The position numbers and the translations under genes were made by a program. The notes under the pieces are model-generated. The model saw only the letters and a program-made list of their open reading frames with translations, was not told the origin of the DNA and searched no databases. From Thermoanaerobaculia bacterium (GTDB taxonomy: Bacteria > Acidobacteriota > Thermoanaerobaculia > Gp7-AA8), in contig JBGTDX010000083.1 in the NCBI GenBank assembly GCA_041748075.1, positions 16,383 through 80,382 on the forward strand: a stretch of DNA of 64,000 nt, written 5' to 3'. Below, in pieces: positions 40,244-49,777 of the stretch. Each line of letters starts with the position of its first letter. The stretch's first letter is position 1.

Positions 40244-42469
40244 ATGACCAGCCAGACAGACCGCTCGATCCGATCGGAAGCGCCGTCACACGCGCTCACG
40301 ATTCCGCTGCCGGAGCTCGACTGTGTCTCGTGCGCACACCGCCTTCGACTCCACCTGAGCAGAATCGAGGGACTCGATGTCAAACTGAGTCTCGCTGAGA
40401 AGTCCGTGACCCTGCCGCCCGCGTCCACTCCCGACTCGATTCAACAGGCGGTCGCAGCGATTCGGAACAACGGATTCGAGCCCGGAGCCGCGCGTATCTT
40501 CATTCCCTTATTCGATCTGCCTGCAGGCTCCCCTGCGGCGGTCGATATCGAAAATTCTCTCGAAGGCTCCGAGGGCGTCCTTCGCGCAATCGTGCACGTG
40601 ACCGACCAGGCGGTAGAGGTCTGGTATGTTCCCGGAAGAATCGACATCGCAGAGATCCGCCAGCAGATCCGCAGAACGGGCCACCGCAGCGAGGCACCCG
40701 CGGGATCGGCGGAGATTGAGAGCCGGCTGGACAAGACTCATCGCCGCATGCGTCTCGAGGCCATCGCCGCGGTGGCCGCCGCGATCCTGATCGCATTTCT
40801 CTCCATTCCTCTGGCGGGCGAACGAACTCCGACCGTGGCCGAACCAGTTGTTTCGGCTTCCCGGACTTTCGTGCAGGGCATTGTTCCGCAGCTCTTCTCG
40901 ATCGATCCGGTTGGGCTGGAGATCACGATTCTGTTTGTAACGTTCGGCTTCCTCGTCTGGCTCGGACGGAGCTGGATGGAATCAGGCTCGTTTACCCTTC
41001 TGGGACGGAATCCCGATTCGAACACGACCGCAGCGGCAGCTGTGTTCGTCCTCGCGGCTGGATTGACCATCTCGTCGATCCGTGTCGCGTGGCTGGAAGT
41101 CCCCAGCTACGCGTTTCCCGGATACGCCACGCTCTTCTGGATGATCTCGCTCTATTCACTGGCACGCCTGATGGAATCCCGGGAAATGCGACGAATCCGA
41201 ACAAAAGATGCGGCCCTCGGAGTGAGGTCTACAGCCCGAGGCACCGAAATCCAGCAGCGCGCTGAAACGACCATGTCGCTCACATTGAGAGTGATCATCT
41301 GCGTGGCGATCGCATCGTTCGTGCTCTGGTTCGACTTCGCACCGGATTCTCCATTGCTCTACGCCGTGATCGCTTTCGCGGGGATCATGATCGTGGCTCT
41401 CCCATCGCTGTTCGGCCTCGCGGCTCCCAGCGCGATTTCCACCGGAATGCAGGAAGTCACGAGGCGAGGCGTCATCGTCCGGGACGCACAGGCATTCGAA
41501 GACCTGAGCCGCCTGCGAAAAATCGCAATCCTCAAGGAGGGAGTCCTTACGGAGGGGCGCCCGGCGACGTCCGATTTCGTCCTTCTTGGCGGAATCGACC
41601 AGCGGGAATTGCTCGAGGCCGCGGCTTCGCTCGCGGCGCTCGCGCAATCCGACCTCGGGCGAGCCGTCGTCGCGCGGGCCGGACAATTCACCTCTCGAAG
41701 GGTTTCGGAATTTCACGAATCTCCCGGCAGGGGATTTCGAGGGATGGTGAATGGAAAAGAAGTCGCCGCCGGCACTCCCCGCTTTGTCGAGTCCCTTGGC
41801 TTCTCACTCGAAGGCCTTGATGAAGAGCTCACCCGCTATGGAAGCGAAGGAAAAAATTCGCTGGTCCTCGCCATCAAAGGGAACATAGCAGGCTTGATCG
41901 CCTTGCGTGATGCCCCCCTCGAAGGGGCAGATCGAGCCGTCGCGCGTCTCGAGGGGCTCGGGGTCACAACTCACCTGTTCGGTTCCGACGAAACAGCAAC
42001 ACTCGAGGCGATCGCAGCCCGGATGGGCATCCGGCATGTGACTGCTGAGGTCGAGCCAGGGATGTTGAGGGGATCGATGGCCGATGCGAAGGAGCACGGC
42101 AAACCGCTGGCTGTGCTCTGTGCGGAAAGGGGCGACGGTCTTCTGCTCACCGCCGCCGATCTCCCCATCGCGTTCGCGGAAGCGTCGAGCGAATCGCTCG
42201 ACTACGCCAGAGTCGTTCTTCCAGGCGCGGGGCTGGGTCCCATCGCCGATGCAATCGTCATTTCGCGAGCCGCATCTCGAGCAGCGGCACGCCGCATACG
42301 GTGGAGCGTGGGATATCACGCGGTCATGGCGCTCTTCGCGACCCAGATTTTCCATCCCCTGTTCGGAACCCTGATCTCACCGGCGCTCCTCGCCCTCGTC
42401 ATGTTCTCGGCGATGGGGGCGGCAATCTGGAACAGCCGGAGCTTCGAGAAAGAGGCAGGAACGCTTTGA
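40244..42469 (+). CDS. degenerate P1B-type (heavy-metal) ATPase homolog with two HMA-like domains; catalytic motifs lost
   Basis: Overall P1B topology (HMA domains, 8 TM, P/N-domain region) is present. DKTGTLTEG is replaced by LKEGVLTEG, the TM CPC by LPS, SEHPLA by QSDLGRA, and GDGxND by GDGLLLTAAD. The A-domain loop (TGES) is reduced to about 35 aa. Confidence 0.6.
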   Translation: MTSQTDRSIRSEAPSHALTIPLPELDCVSCAHRLRLHLSRIEGLDVKLSLAEKSVTLPPASTPDSIQQAVAAIRNNGFEPGAARIFIPLFDLPAGSPAAVDIENSLEGSEGVLRAIVHVTDQAVEVWYVPGRIDIAEIRQQIRRTGHRSEAPAGSAEIESRLDKTHRRMRLEAIAAVAAAILIAFLSIPLAGERTPTVAEPVVSASRTFVQGIVPQLFSIDPVGLEITILFVTFGFLVWLGRSWMESGSFTLLGRNPDSNTTAAAAVFVLAAGLTISSIRVAWLEVPSYAFPGYATLFWMISLYSLARLMESREMRRIRTKDAALGVRSTARGTEIQQRAETTMSLTLRVIICVAIASFVLWFDFAPDSPLLYAVIAFAGIMIVALPSLFGLAAPSAISTGMQEVTRRGVIVRDAQAFEDLSRLRKIAILKEGVLTEGRPATSDFVLLGGIDQRELLEAAASLAALAQSDLGRAVVARAGQFTSRRVSEFHESPGRGFRGMVNGKEVAAGTPRFVESLGFSLEGLDEELTRYGSEGKNSLVLAIKGNIAGLIALRDAPLEGADRAVARLEGLGVTTHLFGSDETATLEAIAARMGIRHVTAEVEPGMLRGSMADAKEHGKPLAVLCAERGDGLLLTAADLPIAFAEASSESLDYARVVLPGAGLGPIADAIVISRAASRAAARRIRWSVGYHAVMALFATQIFHPLFGTLISPALLALVMFSAMGAAIWNSRSFEKEAGTL

Positions 42470-42855
42470 TGCAACCGGGACCTCTCGAAATTGCGGTTAC
42501 GCTCTCCGGAGTCGTCATGATCGCCCTGGCCCTTTGGTACCTGCGCCCACCTTCCGCACGGCGTCCCGCAGCCACCTCAACGGCGTTTCAGGAAGTGGTG
42601 GTCCGTATCCTTCCCGATCGATTCGATCCGTCCACGATCATCCTGGCCGCGAACACTCCGGCCAAGATACGGTTTCAGCGCATCGACGAATCCGACGAGT
42701 GGGAGACCTGCGTCGCTCCCGGTCTCGACATCGAACGGAAACTACCAGCGGGCAAGGTCACGACCATCGACGTCCCGTCCGACCAGCCCGGCGTCTATCC
42801 GTTTCACTCCACGGTGACGAGGCGCGACGGAACGATCGTCATAGCCGCAGCGTGA
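42469..42855 (+). CDS. small membrane-anchored cupredoxin-like domain protein, translationally coupled to the ATPase homolog (TGATG overlap)
   Basis: An N-terminal TM, then a beta-rich domain (ILPDRF...IRFQRIDE...GVYPFHSTVT) resembling the cupredoxin-like proteins often encoded beside copper ATPases. Confidence 0.45.
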   Translation: MQPGPLEIAVTLSGVVMIALALWYLRPPSARRPAATSTAFQEVVVRILPDRFDPSTIILAANTPAKIRFQRIDESDEWETCVAPGLDIERKLPAGKVTTIDVPSDQPGVYPFHSTVTRRDGTIVIAAA

Positions 42856-42879
42856 CGTCTCAGAACCTCGCGCTGGACA

Positions 42880-43611
42880 CTATCCCGCCGAGAGTCTCAC
42901 CAGTGCTTCGCTCATCGCATCGTGTGCCTGTCTCACGCTGTCATCGACGGAGTCGAAGCCGTTGGAAGCGATGGGCTCGAGCACTTCGATCCTGACAGTC
43001 GTCTCCCGCGCAAGGAACATTCTCCTGCCGGAAACCCACCCGTCCGGCACGGCACAGACGATAGGAACAACGGGCACTCCCGCGTTGCGGGCAAGGTGAA
43101 ACGCACCTTTCCTGAAAGGAAGCAGTGGCCGGCCGTGATTGCGTGTCCCTTCCGGAAAGACCCAGATGGAGCGCCCCATCTCGGTGATTGCGCGCTCGGC
43201 TCTGGCAAATCCCGCACGCGCGTTGTCGGAGTTTTTCCGGTCGATAGCGATGTTGCCACCCCGCTCGAAAATCGTTCCGAACAGAGGAGCCCGAAGGACT
43301 TCCTTCTTGCCGATCACGATGGTATTGGGTGGAAACACTCTCGAGAGAGTAATGACATCGAGGTTGCTGCGGTGATTGACCACGTAGACGCAGGGTTGCG
43401 CGGCGGTCAATCGCCCTTCATGGAAAATCTCATAGCGTAGATTGAGATACTTCCTGAAGCCTTCGGACAGCCTGGAAGCGTAGATGTGATCGAAATTTCC
43501 GGCCTCGTCACCTGAAAGAGGCGAGCGCGACAGACTCAGTGAAGTCTGCGCAAACCAGAACACCGAGCGCGAAACGCCGGAAAGAAAACGTAACGGTGCC
43601 GTCGCGCCCAT
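42880..43611 (-). CDS. plsC: 1-acyl-sn-glycerol-3-phosphate acyltransferase
   Basis: HRSNLD and FPEGTR acyltransferase motifs. The start is set at the internal ATG (MGATAPL) because the upstream part of the ORF is Arg-rich junk. Confidence 0.75.
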   Translation of the reverse strand: MGATAPLRFLSGVSRSVFWFAQTSLSLSRSPLSGDEAGNFDHIYASRLSEGFRKYLNLRYEIFHEGRLTAAQPCVYVVNHRSNLDVITLSRVFPPNTIVIGKKEVLRAPLFGTIFERGGNIAIDRKNSDNARAGFARAERAITEMGRSIWVFPEGTRNHGRPLLPFRKGAFHLARNAGVPVVPIVCAVPDGWVSGRRMFLARETTVRIEVLEPIASNGFDSVDDSVRQAHDAMSEALVRLSAG

Positions 43612-43675
43612 CGATGGATTGTACGAAAAAGGGCGACGCCATGCGTCGCCCTTTTCTGTCGAAAGATTGCTTCTG

Positions 43676-44185
43676 TCACCGCCGCAGATAAATCTTCTTG
43701 GTCTCGACCAGCCTGTTGCCTGGAAGATCCTCGCTCCACGCGGTGACTTTGATGTCTCCGGTCCGGTCGAGCGATCCGAATGCTGCGCGCACGTGATAGC
43801 GGACGTGGGAGGCCGACTGTGCGCCGACATGACCCGCGCGGTAGATGAACCGCTTTGTTCCCGTCGAGGTCATCATCTCCGAGGCCTGGAGATCAGATGC
43901 CGGCACGGTGCTAAGCACGATGAGCTCACTCGGCATCTCGACCTCGAAAACGACGTCTTTCATTCTGTTTACACCGCGGTTTCTGATCTCGACCTTCAAC
44001 TCTTCGGTGGCACCTTCCGAAAGATCGGTCGGTACACCGATGTCGATGGACAACGCGCGTCCGTCCCCGGTCACTGCAACACCGGAATGCTTGCAGGCGC
44101 CGAAAGCAAAGAGCGCCACGAGCGCAAGGGCCAGGGCAAGAACCCTCGAATGGCCTGAATTCTGTTTCATTGTGATCTCCTTCAC
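43676..44185 (-). CDS. hypothetical lipoprotein
   Basis: Signal peptide with lipobox (FAFGAC); no recognisable domain. Confidence 0.45.
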   Translation of the reverse strand: MKEITMKQNSGHSRVLALALALVALFAFGACKHSGVAVTGDGRALSIDIGVPTDLSEGATEELKVEIRNRGVNRMKDVVFEVEMPSELIVLSTVPASDLQASEMMTSTGTKRFIYRAGHVGAQSASHVRYHVRAAFGSLDRTGDIKVTAWSEDLPGNRLVETKKIYLRR

Positions 44186-44322
44186 TTCGAAAATGGAGCC
44201 CGTGGCATCCGAGAATAGAGCGGGCTCCGGATTGGGTACTGTTTCGCGGCGGCACGAAATACCGCCCCTGTTGGCGGTAACGTTGCAATTGGGGTACCCG
44301 TCCGGCGGAGGAGGTCAAATCA

Positions 44323-45273
44323 ATGGGTTCCCGGTACTTTCTGGGAGTCGACGGAGGAGGGTCCAAAACCTCCGCGATCGTCGTCGACGAGAAGATGCAA
44401 CCTCTCGGCGGTGCCGTGAGCGGCCCGTCCAACCACCTTCGGGTGGGAATCGACGAGGCTGCCCGCAACGTCGAGACCGCGATCCGTTCTTCGATCGCCT
44501 CGTCCCCTGTCGAGCTCGACGCAGTCGAGTACGCCTACTGCGGTATCGCGGGCTCTGATCACCCCACCCATCGCCAGAGGGTCATCGACTCACTGCGGTA
44601 CCTGTTCCCGCGAAGTAACTTCACCGTCGACAGCGATGCGCGTATCGCGCTGACTGCCGGAGTCGGATTCGGGCCGGGAATCGTCGTGATCGCGGGTACC
44701 GGCTCGGTAGCGTACGGCAGAAATGAATCACTCGAAGAGGCACGGGCCGGCGGCTGGGGACCGACGCTCGGCGACGAGGGAAGCGGATACTCCATCGCCC
44801 GGCGGGGACTCTCTGCGGTCGTCAGAGCGCACGATGGGCGAAGCCCTGCGACACAAATCACTGAACTGCTCTGTGCACATTATGGAATGTGCGATCCGGT
44901 CGATCTGCCCTACTTCGTCTACGCTCCTTCCACGCACGCCGATGACATCGCGCTCTACTGCAGACTCGTATTCGAGGCTGCACAGCAGGGTGATTCAGTC
45001 GCCAGGGATATCGTCCATGCGGAAGGAACCGAGCTTGGCATCATGGTCGCCGCGGTCGCCAGAAGGCTTCGCGTTTCCGATTCGCCCATCCCCGTCGCGT
45101 GGGTCGGAGGCGCGTTTCAGGGCGGCCCACTTCTGCTCGACCCATTGTTGGAGGTTCTCACACAACAGGTTCCGCACGCCTCCGTCCAACCCGCCCTCGA
45201 AACACCCGTGATGGGCGCCGCCCGCATGGCTATCCGAGGCGCAATCAGCGCAAGACCATCCAGGAAGCCGTAG
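44323..45273 (+). CDS. BadF/BadG/BcrA/BcrD-type ATPase (N-acetylglucosamine kinase-like)
   Basis: GVDGGGSKT phosphate-1 motif and AGTGS phosphate-2 motif of the ASKHA fold. Confidence 0.7.
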   Translation: MGSRYFLGVDGGGSKTSAIVVDEKMQPLGGAVSGPSNHLRVGIDEAARNVETAIRSSIASSPVELDAVEYAYCGIAGSDHPTHRQRVIDSLRYLFPRSNFTVDSDARIALTAGVGFGPGIVVIAGTGSVAYGRNESLEEARAGGWGPTLGDEGSGYSIARRGLSAVVRAHDGRSPATQITELLCAHYGMCDPVDLPYFVYAPSTHADDIALYCRLVFEAAQQGDSVARDIVHAEGTELGIMVAAVARRLRVSDSPIPVAWVGGAFQGGPLLLDPLLEVLTQQVPHASVQPALETPVMGAARMAIRGAISARPSRKP

Positions 45274-45305
45274 TCCTCATGCTCGAGAGGTGAAAACAGA
45301 AAGAG

Positions 45306-45329
45306 GTGCGGGCGCTCGAGCACCCGCAC
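45306..45329. terminator. hairpin GTGCGGG-cgctcgagca-CCCGCAC between convergent genes (possible bidirectional terminator)
   Basis: Read directly. Confidence 0.5.
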
Positions 45330-45381
45330 TCCCCACAGTGACATCCGAGGCTTACCTAGGCTCCTGCTCTTCGCCCTCCGA

Positions 45382-46038
45382 CTAGAACTGGAAACCCACC
45401 CCGGCAGAAAGAATCAGCGGATTGATGTCGATGTCTACCGACGTGCCGGGACCGCTCGCAAAACTCGCCGTCGCGGACGTGGATACAGGCACGTACTTGC
45501 CATCGAGATAGATTGCGAATGAAGGCGTGATATCGAACGTCAACCCTGCATTCACCACCAGCCCTACATCGTCGTCGAAATCAATTGCATCGAGATCGAT
45601 GCCCCCTACATCGCGGAAACCATCCACCCGATCGAACAGCACGTACGCCGCGCCGAGCCCCACGTAGGGATCGATCCGCCCCTCCGGATTGAAGTGATAC
45701 TGAAGGGTTGCTGTGATCGGAATCATTTCCAGCTCCCCTCCCGTCAGCAACGGGAACAACGGATTGTCGGATCGGAAAACCACATCAGGCTCAACTACGG
45801 ATGCAGCAAATTCTGCCGAGACGCGATTCGAGAAGAAAACGTTCACTGCAATCCCGAATCCCTGAGCAGAATCGAACTCGACCCGTGCATCATCAACCCC
45901 GCCCGCGTCGAATACGCTGTCGCCGCTCGGATCCACCCACGTCGCGAAGCCGTAAATGTCGACCGAGCGCGACTGTGCAGCCAGCGGCATCGCCGCCAGC
46001 ACTGCAAAAACGACTATCCAAATTCTCAACGACTTCAT
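45382..46038 (-). CDS. outer-membrane beta-barrel protein (OmpW-like)
   Basis: Signal peptide, alternating hydrophobic beta-strands, C-terminal GVGFQF. Confidence 0.6.
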   Translation of the reverse strand: MKSLRIWIVVFAVLAAMPLAAQSRSVDIYGFATWVDPSGDSVFDAGGVDDARVEFDSAQGFGIAVNVFFSNRVSAEFAASVVEPDVVFRSDNPLFPLLTGGELEMIPITATLQYHFNPEGRIDPYVGLGAAYVLFDRVDGFRDVGGIDLDAIDFDDDVGLVVNAGLTFDITPSFAIYLDGKYVPVSTSATASFASGPGTSVDIDINPLILSAGVGFQF

Positions 46039-46260
46039 AAAACCTCCCTGCACCTGGTTATTTGCAACTATTCCGCGATCTCCCCATAGCAAGACTCCCG
46101 CCCATTTGCAGCAACGTTGTGACGTTCGTGCAAACAGAGACCGGGGGCACGGCCAGGCCCCGGATGAGACTCAGGCGCAATGCGCGCAGCCGGTAAGCCG
46201 GGGGGGACTGACTACTTCCGCCGGCCTTTTCGTCCCACCTCGGGCAGGTACAATCCGTCG

Positions 46261-46938
46261 ATGGACCGACGATTCGACACAATCACCTTCGACTGCTACG
46301 GGACCCTGATCGATTGGGAAGACGGCATCTGGTCGGCGTTCGAGACTCTCGCGACAGAACAGGGCTGGACGATCACGCGCGAAGGCGTTCTCGCCGCGTA
46401 CCAGGAGGTCGAGCCGCTCGTCGAAGGCGAGGAGTACCGGAGCTACAGAGAAACGCTCGCAGAATCATCCAGGAGGGTCGCACGAACCTTCGGAGTCGAC
46501 CTGCCTTCAGCTTCTGAGGGTTTCCTTAGCGATAGCCTCGCCTCTTGGCGTCCCTTCGCGGACACGAACCGCGCGCTCGAGCGAATCCATCGCGCCGGTT
46601 ACCGACTCGGGATTCTCTCCAATGTCGATGACGATCTGCTCGCGCAATCGCTGCAGCATCTGACCGTCCCGTTCGATCTGGTCATCACGGCACAGCAGGT
46701 CCGCTCTTACAAGCCGGAGCTCGGACACTTTCTGGCAGCCCGCAAAGCCCTCGGTGACGCCCGCTGGCTTCACGCCGCTCAGAGTTACTTCCATGACATC
46801 GTGCCTGCTCGCGCGCTCGAGATTCCTGTAGCCTGGATCAACCGGCACGCCGCCGTCGCGGAGCTTGAAGTGAAGCCGGATTTCGAGGTTCGTAATCTCG
46901 ACGAACTCGCGGATATACTTACCGGAGCGGCGGACTGA
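46261..46938 (+). CDS. HAD-superfamily hydrolase (haloacid dehalogenase type II-like)
   Basis: The N-terminal FDCYGTLIDWE is the DxYGTL motif I; downstream SN(V)DDD motifs. Confidence 0.7.
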   Translation: MDRRFDTITFDCYGTLIDWEDGIWSAFETLATEQGWTITREGVLAAYQEVEPLVEGEEYRSYRETLAESSRRVARTFGVDLPSASEGFLSDSLASWRPFADTNRALERIHRAGYRLGILSNVDDDLLAQSLQHLTVPFDLVITAQQVRSYKPELGHFLAARKALGDARWLHAAQSYFHDIVPARALEIPVAWINRHAAVAELEVKPDFEVRNLDELADILTGAAD

Positions 46939-46946
46939 ACAATCGA

Positions 46947-47220
46947 TCAGAATACGCCACGCACGGACTCGAGCCCCAGATACATCACGGACGAGCTCGC
47001 AGGAGAAAAGACAATCGAATTGACCCCATGATGGTCGTTGTGCGTCGTGGTCAGCGAGTCCTCTCCCGCATCGTACTTGTAGAGGTCGGTTCCGTAATCG
47101 AAAACGTGGGTTCCGAAAACCCAGTACAGGATGTCGATATCCTCGGGATGTGCGGCCATCACTGGTCCATTCGTAATCGTCACTTCTGCAGACGCGTCGA
47201 CCACCGGTACGAAGGTCTCG
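46947..47220 (-). CDS. hypothetical small protein; 5' end and start overlaid by a MITE copy
   Basis: Coding-like GC3 bias. The N-terminal 25 codons of the ORF (to 47282) are repeat-derived (..HPERSEGSP..). Confidence 0.25.
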
Positions 47221-47236
47221 CCGGAATCAGTGCGAT

Positions 47237-47324
47237 GTGTCATCCTGAGCGAAGCGAAGGATCCCCTTCCTCGAGGCGTCACGGCAAGTCTTCAGGGGAT
47301 CCTTCGCTTCGCTCAGGATGACAC
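47237..47324. repeat. palindromic MITE-like repeat, copy 2 (subfamily with right-hand extension ccacaatgac-n7-gtcattcg reaching about 47365)
   Basis: Read directly; shares its inner loop and right extension with the copy at 63348. Confidence 0.7.
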
Positions 47325-47436
47325 CCCGTGTTCATTTCTCACCACAATGACCGTCCTGTCATTCGCCGGCTCGGGATGTCACATCGTCTGACTTCTTCAC
47401 AGGATGTCACTTGGTTCAGGTCGCTCGAGTGAGCGA

Positions 47437-48105
47437 TCAGTTTCCCGCGGAGGCGGCCTTCGTCCCCACCTTCGGTCCCCGAGGCTTTGTCTTTACGAGT
47501 CTCGTGTTCGGGTCCCGCGCAACCGGACAGTCGCAACCGTCCCGCTTTGCCCTCGTACGCCAGCTGCGTCCATCGATTTCCTTCGTCTTCCTGCCTGTTG
47601 CTGGATCGAATTTCGAGATGCCATCGATCGCGATCGTGTAGAGAGGAAGCCCGATCAGCTGCGCAACTTTCGTGTCCGCCCCCTCGTCATTTCTCGAAAC
47701 TCCCCGAGGAGCCGGGTGGGTGTGAACGAACGCAATCGCTCCCGGTGGCGGCACGGAGCTGAATGTCAGCTCGTTACATTGAAAGGTCGGCGGTACCTGA
47801 CTGCAGGAATGCGAGCCGTCTTCCTCCCTGATGATCCAGGCGCCGCGCTCATAGCACTGCACTCCGTTGTGGGTCAGTCTCCACAGCCGGACGAGCATCT
47901 CCACCACGTGGGGATCCTGGGTGATATCGGGAGGCATCGCGACGCGCTCGAGATCGTTCTGGTAGGGCACCGTGGGGCGCGATACCTCGAGCGTTGGCCC
48001 CGCGGGTATTCTTTCCGTATCCGCCGTTTCCGCCCGTAACACCAGGGCGGTTGTCAGAAAAACAAACAGCTGTACAACCAGAAAGCCAGGACTGCGTTTC
48101 ATCAC
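47437..48105 (-). CDS. hypothetical secreted protein with a JAMM-like HxH...S..D motif (FVHTHPAPRGVSRND)
   Basis: Signal peptide plus the motif; no confident family assignment. Confidence 0.45.
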   Translation of the reverse strand: MMKRSPGFLVVQLFVFLTTALVLRAETADTERIPAGPTLEVSRPTVPYQNDLERVAMPPDITQDPHVVEMLVRLWRLTHNGVQCYERGAWIIREEDGSHSCSQVPPTFQCNELTFSSVPPPGAIAFVHTHPAPRGVSRNDEGADTKVAQLIGLPLYTIAIDGISKFDPATGRKTKEIDGRSWRTRAKRDGCDCPVARDPNTRLVKTKPRGPKVGTKAASAGN

Positions 48106-48365
48106 GAAACCTCCCGGCGGAGCGCACGGGCGGGTCGGATCCCGTCAGGGAGTTACGACCCGATCCCGATTGATGCTCGCTTCCGCATACAGGAGATGAC
48201 GCAGTAAAACGGGGAGAGTTTGCGCTTTGAGAGCGGAGTTGCCGATGCGTTTCCCATGTTCACAGATCGGCGTTATCACGGTCACTCAAACGGCCTTTCT
48301 GCAACCGCAGTTCATCGAGCTGTGACCACGGGAAAGGGGCGTGCGCTTCGAATGACTCGTCAGGG

Positions 48366-48410
48366 GCACGCAAGTCTTCCGGGGATCCTTCGCTTTTCTT
48401 CAGATCCCCT
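48366..48410. repeat. truncated half-copy of the MITE-like repeat
   Basis: gcacgcaagtcttccggggatccttcgct matches the right half of copies 2 and 5. Confidence 0.5.
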
Positions 48411-49563
48411 GTTGACTCCAGACTTCACGGCGCCGCGCAACGTCGGGAAACGATCCGCGCCCGAAGAACAGATGCCATGCGATTCCGCGGAACCCCGGAA
48501 ATCTGGCGAGAGCAAGGCCAAGGTCCAGAACATACGGTGAATCGAGTGCAGCAATCACCCTCCTCATCCAGAGCCGCGAAATGAATCGCGCCCGAAATGC
48601 CTCACCTGAATAGATGGAGCTGGGTGAGACACCCTCATCGAGACATGCTGCAACCGTCTCGGCAGCGAACCGCGAGAGCCGCATGGCGCCATCCAGCCCT
48701 CCTGCGGTGAGCGGAGATACCGCGCCGGCCGCATCTCCCACGAGCAGGCCCCGCTCGTTCGCAATCCGTGGAAGGACGCCGCCCACAGGGATCCGACCTC
48801 CCCTAATCTCTTCAACGCGTACTCGCGAGAAGTCGAACCGTTCGGCGACAGACTCCCGGAAGCGGCACAAGGCTTCCTCAGGGCGAAACTTCGAGGGATA
48901 TCCTCCGACTCCGAGGTGAACTTCACGTCCGTCATGTACGAGCCATGCGATGTATCCCGGAGCAAGGCGGGGATCGAGGAAACAATGGAAGCGGGGCTGT
49001 CCTTCGAGCGGAACCCCGGAGAGGATCTCTTCGACCCCGACGATCCAGCTCTCGTTCTGGCTCAGACCGAGATCCGCCGAAACGCGTGATGCGGCGCCAT
49101 CCGCCCCGATCAAAAATTTGGTGATGGCAACGAGCTGCCGGCCGGCGGATTCCAGATGGACCCGTGACACTCGATCGCACGCAGTACCCACTACGGATTC
49201 AGAACGCACGAAATGGGTGGATGGAAGCCATTCGAGACCCAGAGAGAACGCTTCATCGAGCATGCGCTGGTAAATGCGTCCCATATCGCCGATCCGGAAT
49301 TCCTCGTGAGGGCTCTCGAGCTCGAGCGTGCGACCTGAGGGAGAGTAGAGCGTGACGTGCCGGACCACTGGACCGAGCAGATCCTGCGGAAGGTCGAAGT
49401 CTTCGAGCGTCCGGCGAACGAAGATGCCGGTCGTGTGAACGATCTGCGAAGGGCGCGATTTGCGGTCGACGAGCAGCACCGTGCGGCCGCGTCTTAGGAG
49501 CTCCAGAGCACACTGAAGGCCGGCAAGACCGGCGCCGATGATCACCGTGTCAAATCGTTTCAT
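48400..49563 (-). CDS. FAD-dependent oxidoreductase (geranylgeranyl reductase family)
   Basis: The N-terminus FDTVIIGAGLAGL is a GxGxxG FAD-binding motif; start at the internal ATG (MKRFD). Confidence 0.75.
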   Translation of the reverse strand: MKRFDTVIIGAGLAGLQCALELLRRGRTVLLVDRKSRPSQIVHTTGIFVRRTLEDFDLPQDLLGPVVRHVTLYSPSGRTLELESPHEEFRIGDMGRIYQRMLDEAFSLGLEWLPSTHFVRSESVVGTACDRVSRVHLESAGRQLVAITKFLIGADGAASRVSADLGLSQNESWIVGVEEILSGVPLEGQPRFHCFLDPRLAPGYIAWLVHDGREVHLGVGGYPSKFRPEEALCRFRESVAERFDFSRVRVEEIRGGRIPVGGVLPRIANERGLLVGDAAGAVSPLTAGGLDGAMRLSRFAAETVAACLDEGVSPSSIYSGEAFRARFISRLWMRRVIAALDSPYVLDLGLALARFPGFRGIAWHLFFGRGSFPDVARRREVWSQQGI

Positions 49564-49584
49564 GATTCGAGCCCCATCAGGAAG

Positions 49585-49601
49585 TACTTTGCATTGCAAA
49601 G
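49585..49601. promoter_or_regulatory. palindromic operator-like site ACTTTGCA-T-TGCAAAGT about 25 bp upstream of the oxidoreductase start; a related direct copy aagtactttgtatagtaaag lies at 49752-49771
   Basis: Read directly; the two sites share AAGTACTTTG...AAAG. Confidence 0.35.
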
Positions 49602-49777
49602 TTATCTCGCAAAATTTCTTCGGCCCGTCCGGGATTCATGGATGGCTCATTCCATCGTCGAGCGGATGAAGTGAGGGTTGCCGTGTGCGGGGAGGGAAGT
49701 TCGTCGGACCTGAGCATCACGGACAATCTGAGGCCGCATGTTGCTAGTGTCAAGTACTTTGTATAGTAAAGCTACCC

